A stretch of DNA of 48,273 nt, taken from Betaproteobacteria bacterium. GTDB lineage: Bacteria > Pseudomonadota > Gammaproteobacteria > Burkholderiales > SG8-41. The DNA lies in contig JACQOI010000055.1 in assembly GCA_016202615.1 (NCBI GenBank), positions 1-48,273 of the forward strand, read 5' to 3'. The notes below the pieces were generated by a model, which was not told the DNA's origin, ran no database searches, and saw nothing but the letters and a program-made list of their open reading frames with translations. Shown piece by piece: positions 18,640 to 26,066 of the stretch. The position numbers and the translations under genes were made by a program. Every line of letters begins with the position of its first letter. Positions within the stretch are counted from its first letter, which is position 1.

Positions 18640-18692
18640 GCCAGCCTCCCATGGTAGTAAGACAGTTTTCCAACGCGCGCATCACCCGCAAC

Positions 18693-19685
18693 TCACTCGG
18701 GTTTGATGTCCGCGTCTTTGATCACTTTGGCCCAGAGCGTTTTTTCGGACTTGATGTATGCGGCAAAGTCCTCCGGCGTACTGCCGGAGGGCTCGAAGCC
18801 CGCTCTCTTGAGAGCCTCCTGCACCTCCGGCATCGAGAGGAGTTTCAGGAGGTCGTGGTTGAGGCGGGTCACGATGGCCTTGGGCGTGCCGGCCGGCGCA
18901 AGCACGCCGTACCAAGCCCGAACGTCGAAGCCCGGCAAGCCCGACTCCTGCATCGTCGGGACGCTCGGAACCTCATGTGAGCGCTTCGGCCCGGTGACCG
19001 CCAGCGCCTTCACGCTTCCCGCTTTCACATGCGGCAGCGATGAGGCGAAACTGCCAAAAAGGATCTTCACCTCTCCAGACAGCACGGCGAGGGCCACGGC
19101 ACCGCCACCCTTGTAGGCAACATGAATTATATCCACGCCGGCCCTGCCTTTGAAAAGCTCCCCCGCGAGGTGATTGGGGCTGCCGATCCCAGGCGACCCA
19201 TAGGGGAACTGACCGGGTTTTGACTTGAGCAGTACGATCAAGTCCTGCAGTGAGTTGGCTTGGACCGAGGAGTGCACCACAAGCAGGTACTGCGCGGATC
19301 CGAGGAACGCGATCGGCGCGAAGTCCTTCTCTGAGTCAAAGGGCAGATTCTTGTACAGGCTGGGGTTGACTACGAGCGGCGTGCTGAATCCCCACAGCAG
19401 CGTGTAGCCGTCGGGCTGCGCCCTCGCCGCGATTCCATAGCCGATGTTACCGGCTGCGCCGGAACGGTTGTCCACGATGACCCGCTGGCCCGCAAGTTCC
19501 GTCAACTTTAGCGCCACGATCCTTGCGAACGTGTCTGTCCCGCCGCCGGGTGGGTAAGCGACGATCAAGCGGATCGGGCGGCTTGGATAGCTCTGGGCAA
19601 CAGCGGTGTTGGCAATTAGGCAAGTTGCTAGGCCAAGTACGGCCGCCACCAGCGCTGCAATGGCCAATACTCGTAATTCATTCAT
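18693..19685 (-). CDS. Bug family (TctC-like) substrate-binding protein
   Basis: The track ORF extends to 19853 through a repeat. A plausible start is the ATG at 19685 (MNELRVLAIAALVAAVLG..., preceded by GGAAGAGGAGGA). The protein has YPSRPIRLIVAYPPGGGTDTFAR, YKGGGAV and LWAKVIKDADIKPE. Confidence 0.85.
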   Translation of the reverse strand: MNELRVLAIAALVAAVLGLATCLIANTAVAQSYPSRPIRLIVAYPPGGGTDTFARIVALKLTELAGQRVIVDNRSGAAGNIGYGIAARAQPDGYTLLWGFSTPLVVNPSLYKNLPFDSEKDFAPIAFLGSAQYLLVVHSSVQANSLQDLIVLLKSKPGQFPYGSPGIGSPNHLAGELFKGRAGVDIIHVAYKGGGAVALAVLSGEVKILFGSFASSLPHVKAGSVKALAVTGPKRSHEVPSVPTMQESGLPGFDVRAWYGVLAPAGTPKAIVTRLNHDLLKLLSMPEVQEALKRAGFEPSGSTPEDFAAYIKSEKTLWAKVIKDADIKPE

Positions 19686-19707
19686 CGCGATTCCTCCTCT
19701 TCCATCG

Positions 19708-19867
19708 AGAAATAGGAAAATCAATGCGCCCGTCGCCGGCGTCCTGTGACTATGCAACGCTGCAGCGATGCCGGATCGGTGCTCGGTGCGCCCGATCGGG
19801 GCTGCCCGCGCGTGCTCCACCGTCCGCGTCCGTCCTGCCCAGGTGCTTTGCAAAGTCGTTGCGGCAA
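19708..19867 (-). repeat. R repeat, copy R1 (160 bp)
   Basis: AGAAATAGGAAAATCAATGCGCCCGTCGCCGGCGTCCTGTGACTATGCAACGCTGCAG...CTTTGCAAAGTCGTTGCGGCAA. By my count it differs from R2 (20403-) by 4 substitutions and one 3-nt indel. It fills the gap between the PNPOx-like gene and the Bug gene. Confidence 0.9.
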
Positions 19868-19898
19868 GTCAGGCGAAGCCGAAAAGCGGACTCGTGGG

Positions 19899-20327
19899 TT
19901 ACGCTTCCCGCTGCATGATCACCTTGCGCGTCTCAATGACTTTGTCCACGCGGATGATGACTGCCGTGCCCTTGCGCTCTGGGTCACGGTCAAGTTCCGC
20001 CTGAACCGTGCGCGCCATGACGGCGTCGCGCAACTCCCCGCTTGGGTGAAGTTCCGCAACGCCCACGAACTTCCAGGTCTTGCGCGCAGCCGGATTCCGG
20101 TAGAGCAGGCATATCTTCGGATTCTCTTTGAGCGCCAGCTCGGTCTGGCCGTGGGACCGTTCCCAGAAAGCGAGGTGCTCGCTGTCCCATACCATCACGC
20201 TCCCCTTGAAAACGACATCGGGTACGCCATTCGCGAGCGCCGTAGCCACCATCACCGGATTCCCGTCCGCAAGCGATGTCGCAAGCATTGCCTTCATCTC
20301 TTCTGTTAGTGCAATCATCCCGTTCAC
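19899..20327 (-). CDS. Pyridoxamine 5'-phosphate oxidase-like FMN-binding family protein
   Basis: 142-aa ORF. Its size and segments (NPVMVATALANGVPDVVFKGS, ICLLYRNPAARKTWKFVG) fit the small split-barrel PNPOx-like family. Assignment is from recollection. Confidence 0.55.
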   Translation of the reverse strand: MNGMIALTEEMKAMLATSLADGNPVMVATALANGVPDVVFKGSVMVWDSEHLAFWERSHGQTELALKENPKICLLYRNPAARKTWKFVGVAELHPSGELRDAVMARTVQAELDRDPERKGTAVIIRVDKVIETRKVIMQREA

Positions 20328-20402
20328 TTTCCTGATCGTTTTCCACGGTGGAAACGCTACGCATGGGTAATGTGCTACAGAATCTTACCCCTGTTGCTAC
20401 AA

Positions 20403-20667
20403 AGAAATAGAAGGAAAATCAATGCGCCCGTCGCCGGCGTCCTGTGACTATGCAACGCTGCAGTGATGCCGGATCGGTGCTCGGCGCGCCCGATCGGGGC
20501 TGCCCGCGTGTGCTCCACCCTCCGCGTCCGTCCTGCCCAGGTGCTTTGCAAAGTCGTTGCGGCAAATTATGCAGTCCCCGGGCGCGCCAAGTCAAACGCA
20601 GGGCGCGCCGCCCTGCGCCCACGTAACCTTGGCACCGGTAGCGAACTCGGTGCTTAGTTGCTCGCTT
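20403..20667 (-). repeat. R repeat, copy R2 (long form)
   Basis: It shares the 160-bp R1 core and a further ~100 bp (GCGGCAAATTATGC.GTCCCCGGGCGCGCCAAGTCAAACGC...CCTTGGCAC.GG.AGCGAACT.GGTGCTT.GTTGC) with R3. It is contiguous with the IS91-like fragment at 20657-20835. Confidence 0.85.
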
Positions 20668-20835
20668 TATCGACCAGAAACTCCAGCACCGCACGCCGAA
20701 AGCCCTCAGCAAGCAGACTTCCCGGCACAGCCGGCAGCGTGACAAAGCGCCCATCGGGCAGCAATGCTCCGTCGGCGGCGAGCACGGGTACGTGCGGGTT
20801 GAAGTTGACGAGAAGGCGCAGTATGCGTCACCTCA
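20657..20835 (-). pseudogene. Internal fragment of an IS91-family (Y2 HUH) transposase
   Basis: Minus frame reads RLLVNFNPHVPVLAADGALLPDGRFVTLPAVPGSLLAEGFRRAVLEFLVDKASN*. This resembles the HUH region of Y2 transposases as I recall it (LNFHPHxHxLVxDGxxxxDGxFxxLP......LxExFRxxVLxxLVxK). The HUH histidines are partly degraded and stops lie on both sides. Confidence 0.5.
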
Positions 20836-20969
20836 TCAAATCATGGTGTCGGCAAGTTGACAATGCCGAGTTGGCTCCTCACCACCGGGTTTACAGCAGA
20901 GATGAAATCTAGAATGGCGAAGATTGGCAAGGTGATCGACGGTGCCGGAATCTGCGAGGAACGAATGCG

Positions 20970-21968
20970 CTAATCCGCGCGTATGCCAGCAGCTTTCACC
21001 ACTTTTGCCCATTTATGAAATTCACTATTAACATAGGCACTGAACTCTGCCGGCGAGCTGCTGACGGCGGGGGCAAGACCACCTGCTGCATACTGTGCCC
21101 TTACATCCGGCAACTTGATTATTCTCGAAATCTCGGCATGTATTTTGTCTATGATTTCCGTGGGCGTTCCGGCGGACGCGAATAAACCGTACCACGCCCG
21201 CACATCAAAGCCGGGAACACCCGCTTCGCTGACAGTGGGGACGTCTGGGATCGATGGGTCGCGTGTATTGGCTGTAATTGCCAGCAATCGCAGTCTTCCC
21301 GTCTTTATGTGTGGCAACACTGGCAGATTGCCCGCAAACATTAGATCGATACGACCAGCCACAAGGTCGACGGTATACTGTGGGCTGCCTCGGTAGGGAA
21401 CATGGACCATGCTCACTGCAGCCATTGATTTAAAAAGCTCGCCAGCCAGGTGAGTGGTCGACCCGGTTCCTCCAGAACCGTAATTGAGCTGTCCGGGTTT
21501 TGCTTTCGCCAAAGCGATCAGTTCTTTCACTGATTTGACGGGTAACGATGGGTGGACAACCAAAATCAAGTACGTCGTTGCGGCGAGGGAGATAGGCGCA
21601 AAATCGCGCAGGGTATCGTACGGGATTTTCTTATAGAGGCTCGCGCTCACCGCGTTAGTGCCGGGCGTCCCGAGCAACAAGTTATAGCCATCGGGCGGCG
21701 ATTTGGCGACGATCTCCGCTCCCAGGAGCCCGCCGGACCCTGCGTGGTTGTCTACGATCACGGGTTGGCCCCATGCCTCCGAAAGCTTGGTTGCAATCGG
21801 CCGTGCAATGACGTCGAGCACGCTGCCTGGAGGAAAAGGGTTGACGATTCTTACGGCCTTTTCCGGGTAGCCTGCGCCAAGACAAGGCAGTGCCGCAAGC
21901 AACGTAAACGCGCAAACCAAGGGTTTAGACGGCATAGCTTTGCACCTTGAGAGGATATTCCCGGACAT
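20970..21968 (-). CDS. Bug family (TctC-like) substrate-binding protein
   Basis: 332-aa ORF (alternative start at M12, 21935) with a signal peptide, AVRIVNPFPPGSVLDVIAR, VDNHAGSGG and KWAKVVKAAGIRAD. Confidence 0.9.
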   Translation of the reverse strand: MSGNILSRCKAMPSKPLVCAFTLLAALPCLGAGYPEKAVRIVNPFPPGSVLDVIARPIATKLSEAWGQPVIVDNHAGSGGLLGAEIVAKSPPDGYNLLLGTPGTNAVSASLYKKIPYDTLRDFAPISLAATTYLILVVHPSLPVKSVKELIALAKAKPGQLNYGSGGTGSTTHLAGELFKSMAAVSMVHVPYRGSPQYTVDLVAGRIDLMFAGNLPVLPHIKTGRLRLLAITANTRDPSIPDVPTVSEAGVPGFDVRAWYGLFASAGTPTEIIDKIHAEISRIIKLPDVRAQYAAGGLAPAVSSSPAEFSAYVNSEFHKWAKVVKAAGIRAD

Positions 21969-22055
21969 CTGTTGGTCGAAGATTCGTCAATCCGAAATAT
22001 CGGACGGGGCGCTCCAAAACAAACCGGACAAAATCGCTAGTCATTTATATAGCAG

Positions 22056-23072
22056 TCAAATTCCCCGAATAATCCGCGTCTGCGGCATCCCCGCTGCGAT
22101 ATAGACATCCTGGGGACCGGGTCCCCCGGCAACCACGACACAGATTTCATCCGGACCACCGGATCGCCACACCGTTTCCGCATCGCCTCGGCCGGCCGCA
22201 CGTGCGGTCGCAACGAAGGCCTTGGGGAAGTAGCTGGCCGGAAGGCGAGCGAGCTCCCACAGTCGCTGCTGGATGTCTCGCTTCGAAAGGCCCTCTTCAT
22301 ATAATGAATGAACATGGTTGACCCCAAGCAGCAGTAGCACGCCGCCGCCGCCAAACATAGGCGGCATGCTGGTCGCAATCTGACGCAGCGTTTCGTCTGC
22401 GCCGACACCGTCCCCACCCGAGATATTGCAGAAGTTGAAAGCCCTAAATACGGTGACGGTGCTGTCCTCGCGCTTGAAGCCCCGATCGACGTGGAACGGC
22501 GTCCAGGGATTCTCTTCTTCGTTTTCACCGCACATATAAGAGTAGCGCAGCGGAGAGCTGAAACTGGATTTGGAGTAAACGCCAGGCAGCGCTCCGCCCA
22601 CGTTCAGCAAGATGAGACGCATGGCGCGGCCTATCGTGGTATTGGCACGCCAGCCAGGGCCGAGGCAACCAATCCCACAGTTGATGTCGAGCTTTCCCCG
22701 CACGGGGCCGTTGACCAGCAGAAAGGGGGCCATAGCGTTAGTGCCGATCTGCAGCGGCTCCAACGGAAACCGCGGATCGCTCAACGCTTCGACGGCCGCG
22801 ATGATGACGGGCATATATTCCGGGCGGCATCCAGCCATGATGGCATTGACAGCAATTGCTTCTACGGTCGCAGGCCCTTTGCGCGGCGGCAAGACACCAA
22901 TGATTTCATTTCCGTCCCGCCCGGATGCTTGGACAAACTGCGCGACGCTCTCGTGAGTGGCCGGGATGATGGGGGCACCATCGGTCCAACCCTGGTCGTA
23001 GGCATGTTCAAAAGCGCACGTGATGAGTTCGGCCACCGAAGCAGCTTCGATATCCATGTAAGGGCGCGTCAC
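22056..23072 (-). CDS. Uncharacterised AGCRPEYMP-domain protein, stand-alone homologue of the C-terminal part of the two fused selenoproteins
   Basis: 338-aa ORF. TDGAPIIPATHESVAQFV...IAVNAIMAGCRPEYMPVIIAAVEAL...LLVNGP aligns with SDSLPIVPPTKAKIEAFL...IAVNGVMAGCRPEYMPILVALVQAM...IILNGP of 13374-15131. It starts 17 bp after the UGSC gene stop. Confidence 0.75.
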   Translation of the reverse strand: MTRPYMDIEAASVAELITCAFEHAYDQGWTDGAPIIPATHESVAQFVQASGRDGNEIIGVLPPRKGPATVEAIAVNAIMAGCRPEYMPVIIAAVEALSDPRFPLEPLQIGTNAMAPFLLVNGPVRGKLDINCGIGCLGPGWRANTTIGRAMRLILLNVGGALPGVYSKSSFSSPLRYSYMCGENEEENPWTPFHVDRGFKREDSTVTVFRAFNFCNISGGDGVGADETLRQIATSMPPMFGGGGVLLLLGVNHVHSLYEEGLSKRDIQQRLWELARLPASYFPKAFVATARAAGRGDAETVWRSGGPDEICVVVAGGPGPQDVYIAAGMPQTRIIRGI

Positions 23073-23089
23073 AGCTCGTTCATCCTTTT

Positions 23090-23752
23090 CTACACCGGAA
23101 TCGATGAGCGAACGATACCCCGGGGCCGAATTTGCTCTTTGGCCATATCCCTGGATCGACGCTCGATTTCGCCTGGCTTAAGCGTAAGCCCGTCAATGAT
23201 CGTGGGCAGCATGGCTTCGACTCGTGCGCGCAGGGCATCAAAGTCAAGCTCGCGAATGGGATTCTTTGTTTCAGCAATAACGATGTAAGGAAATCCCTGC
23301 GTCGACGCCATACGCCGCCCGAACTTGGCAAACGTATCGGTGGCGATCATGACTGTGGGAATGCCGCGTTGTTCCAGCGCCGGCGTAACGTGGCTACACC
23401 ACGTCGTGCATGACCCTCAATCGCCGGTGGCGGTAATGGCGACGTCAACGCGTCGTGCGAGCGCGTCCAGGTGCTCCCGCATCCCGTCGAGCAGCTTTCC
23501 CTCCTTGCTTGCCGGCGCTTCGCGGACCGGTTGTTCCATCACGATTGCTTTCACGCGGTAGCGCTCCTCAAGCAGTGTGCCAAGAACTTTCAGGATGCGC
23601 ACTGCCGATGGACGCCAGTTGGCCACCAGTCCTACCACTTTGTCGTCAAGGCTCGGAGGCCGTGGGGCGAGCGCGTTCGGAGCGCCTTCGTCAAGATAAT
23701 CAGCAAGTGGAGAAACCATTCTCAATTTAAGGTAACCCATAGCACATTCCAT
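23090..23752 (-). CDS. Predicted stand-alone UGSC (UxxC) selenoprotein (220 aa with Sec at TGA 23417-23419)
   Basis: ORFs 23417-23752 (…VAITATGD + TGA) and 23090-23350 are in one frame. The bridging codons read U-G-S-C-T-T-W-C-S-H-V-T-P-A-L-E-Q-R-G-I-P-T-V with no stop. The N-terminal start choice (23752, 23740 or 23719) is uncertain. Confidence 0.75.
23388..23404 (-). promoter_or_regulatory. SECIS-like hairpin, 12 nt 3' of UGA 23417-23419
   Basis: mRNA is ACGUGG-[UGUAG]-CCACGU, a 6-bp perfect stem with a G/U-containing loop. It is shorter than in the other two copies. Confidence 0.45.
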
Positions 23753-23962
23753 TCATGAAAAAGATGACGCCTTTTCGGCCGCGGATCACAGTGAAAACGC
23801 CGACCAGCATTGACTCTTGGCTGCACAGGAGAGAAGCTCGTTTACGATAACACCATCCAAATACACCGCCTTGTAGGGCATTGTCAACTTGCTGTATCGG
23901 GCCAACACATATTGCACTGATGGTGTTTGATTAGGAATTGTAGCGGAGAAAGTAGTTTTGGG

Positions 23963-24224
23963 AGAAATAGGAAAACCAATGCGCCCGTTGCCGGCGTCCT
24001 GTGCCAATGCAACGCTGCAGTGATGCGGGATCGGTGCTCGGTGCGCCCGATGGCGCGCGATTGGGGCTGCCCGCGTGTGCTCCACCGTCCGATCCGCGCT
24101 GCCGGAGCGCTTCGCAACGCCCGTTACGGCAAATTATGCTGTCCCCGGGCGCGCCAAGTCAAACGCGCCCTGCGCTCACGTAGCCTTGGCACGGGCAGCG
24201 AACTTGGTGCTTGGTTGCACGCTT
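23963..24224 (-). repeat. R repeat, copy R3 (long form, more diverged)
   Basis: It has the same start, AGAAATAGGAAAACCAATGCGCCCGTTGCCGGCGTCCTGTG. It carries a 10-nt insertion (GGCGCGCGAT) relative to R1/R2 and other indels. Weak similarity to the R2/IS91 fragment may continue to about 24300. Confidence 0.8.
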
Positions 24225-24318
24225 GGCGCAGGCAGCGCGGCACCGGCGTGCGGCGATGCTTGCTTTGCCCACTCGCCGCGCGCCCGGTTCGAGTAGCCGT
24301 TCAGGCTCATTTTGCGTT

Positions 24319-24423
24319 GGAATCACGCCGCCGCAAGAAGCGAACGCAATCGTGCGCGACGAGACCCCGATGTGGGCCAAAGTGATCAAGACTGTCGGCG
24401 TGAAAGTCGAATCAGACTTTTGA
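24319..24423 (+). pseudogene. 3' relic of a Bug family gene
   Basis: Frame ends ...TPPQEANAIVRDETPMWAKVIKTVGVKVESDF*, matching the conserved Bug C-terminus (TP.EF...I..E...WAKVIK..G.K.E). No upstream Bug homology is present. Confidence 0.6.
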
Positions 24424-24440
24424 GCCTTCGTGCGGGTGAC

Positions 24441-25838
24441 TTATTTCGTAAGGGTCAGCTGAACGAGTGCGTCGGCCCGGTCGTGTTGGTCGAGATCGCG
24501 ACAGGTCGCAATAATCGATTCGAACTGAGCCGCGGGGATCGGTAAGCCTGGAATGACGCCGCGAATGCGGCGCGCCTCCTCCTCGAAGTCCCACATGAAC
24601 TCGCGCCCGGTGGACTGCTTCGTATAGCTTTTCCCATCCTTGGTATAGATCGTGATCCGCGGACCGAAGAGCGTCATGTGGTGCGACGGAATGATCGTCA
24701 CCCGTTTCATAAGATCAAGTACCTCCGGGGGGTCGTCGGCGGCGGTCGGCTTGACCCCGGAGCTCCGCAGCACGGGAAAACCCCGTTTCACGACTCCGTA
24801 CGCGGCGTAGTAGGACGTGCTTCCCGGCGCCCGCGTTAGATCTTCCCTCCGGATCGGGAAAGCGGGGCTCGGGTACTGCGTCTCGAGCCAGTTCACCACG
24901 GCCTCGACGCGATCAACATCTTCATATTTGATGTTGTTCTCCTCGCAAAGCTTCGCCGTCACCTCGACGTGAGCAATGTTGTAGCCGGCAGTCGAGTAGA
25001 TGCGGTAGAGCGTTTCGAGAAAAATCCATGTCTTGCCGAGGTCGGCGGTGATCTTCGCCAGGCTCGTTTTCGTGTCGCCGACAAAGCTGTAGGTAAGCCG
25101 GCCCAGGTTGTTTCCTGCGTACGCGTGATAAAAGCCCGCGTCGCCTTCGAGTACGGTCTCGCCGCCCACGTGCCCCTGCTGCGCCAGCGCGATCGCGAGC
25201 ATGGCATTGCGCGCTGCCGCGCCTTCACGCAGCGCGCGGCCTCCGCTGCGTATCCCTTCGAGGTTGCCTCCCGCCAGGCTCGCGCAGAGCGCGATCGCGC
25301 TGTTCATCTGCTCTTCGGTCAAACGCAGGATCTTCGCGGCCGCTACTGTAGCGCCAAAGATGCCGAACACCGGACCCGCGTGGAAGCCGCGCGACATCAC
25401 CGTCGGAATGAAGTCGGCCGCCATCCGCTCCATGACCTCGTAGCCGGCGGCGATTCCGGTGATGAAGTCGCCGCCCGACGCGCCTGCCGTCTCGGCTGCG
25501 ACGAATGCCGCCGGAATAATGCTCGTGCCCGGGTGGGTCAGCATGCGGAAGGAATCCAGCTTGCCGCCGGCCATTGCCATCTCCGAGTTGGCAAACGCGG
25601 CGCCGCCTCTCGTCACCTTGGCGCCGTTCACCATAATGGTTGCGCCATTGCGCACGCCGGCTTCTTCTTCGCTGATCAGCTTCACGGCCTGCTGCCCGGC
25701 GGGTGATTGAGAGCCGAGGAGCACCGAGGCGAGCCCGTGTAGTGTCACGCCCTTCGCACGATCGATCACTTCGGGCGGAACATCTTCGTAGCGCAGCCCG
25801 ACGGCCCACTGCGCGAGATGACGACTTAGAGATGCCAT
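24441..25838 (-). CDS. MmgE/PrpD family protein
   Basis: 465-aa ORF. The N-terminal LSRHLAQWAVGLRYEDVPPEVIDRAKGVTLHGL and the overall length are typical of the family. Confidence 0.8.
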   Translation of the reverse strand: MASLSRHLAQWAVGLRYEDVPPEVIDRAKGVTLHGLASVLLGSQSPAGQQAVKLISEEEAGVRNGATIMVNGAKVTRGGAAFANSEMAMAGGKLDSFRMLTHPGTSIIPAAFVAAETAGASGGDFITGIAAGYEVMERMAADFIPTVMSRGFHAGPVFGIFGATVAAAKILRLTEEQMNSAIALCASLAGGNLEGIRSGGRALREGAAARNAMLAIALAQQGHVGGETVLEGDAGFYHAYAGNNLGRLTYSFVGDTKTSLAKITADLGKTWIFLETLYRIYSTAGYNIAHVEVTAKLCEENNIKYEDVDRVEAVVNWLETQYPSPAFPIRREDLTRAPGSTSYYAAYGVVKRGFPVLRSSGVKPTAADDPPEVLDLMKRVTIIPSHHMTLFGPRITIYTKDGKSYTKQSTGREFMWDFEEEARRIRGVIPGLPIPAAQFESIIATCRDLDQHDRADALVQLTLTK

Positions 25839-25866
25839 ACGTTTCTCCTTCTTCTTGTTACAGCGA

Positions 25867-26066
25867 CTAGGAGTTTGTCGGACTTAGCACCGACAAACTC
25901 CTAATGCAAAACCGGCCGCGGGCAAAAGGGACAAAAAGATGACCAACGTGCAAATTTACCCTCGCTTTTCTTGCCGTTCGACTGCCGCGGGGGTTTTTGA
26001 TCCGCATATTCGGCCGGTTTTGCTTTTAGCAGCCTGTACGGACTGTTAAGCCCGACAGGCTGCTAG
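25867..26066 (-). repeat. Composite nested-hairpin intergenic element, copy 3 (inverted orientation)
   Basis: Hairpin B (CTAGGAGTTTGTCGGACTTAGCACCGACAAACTCCTAATGCAAAACCGGCC), a spacer, then GGCCGGTTTTGCTTTT and hairpin A (AGCAGCCTGTACGGACTGTTAAGCCCGACAGGCTGCTAG). It overlaps the stop codon of the Bug gene at 26063. Confidence 0.9.

Noticed and set aside
20852-20867. A 16-mer, GCAAGTTGACAATGCC, shared between 20852-20867 (+) and 23876-23891 (-), containing a perfect TTGACA.
   Set aside because: There is no extended flanking similarity. At 20.8 kb no -10 element follows, and at 23.9 kb the best -10 (TATTTG) is weak. It is too little to call a promoter or a repeat family.
19746-24183. Small repeated ORFs inside the R repeats (MTMQRCSDAGSVLGAPDRGCPRVLH… at 19746 and 20444; MPMQRCSDAGSVLGAPDG… at 24001).
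   Set aside because: Their similarity only reflects the DNA repeat. The 10-nt insertion in R3 shifts the frame after about 18 codons, and no RBS or known motif is present, so there is no evidence of coding constraint.
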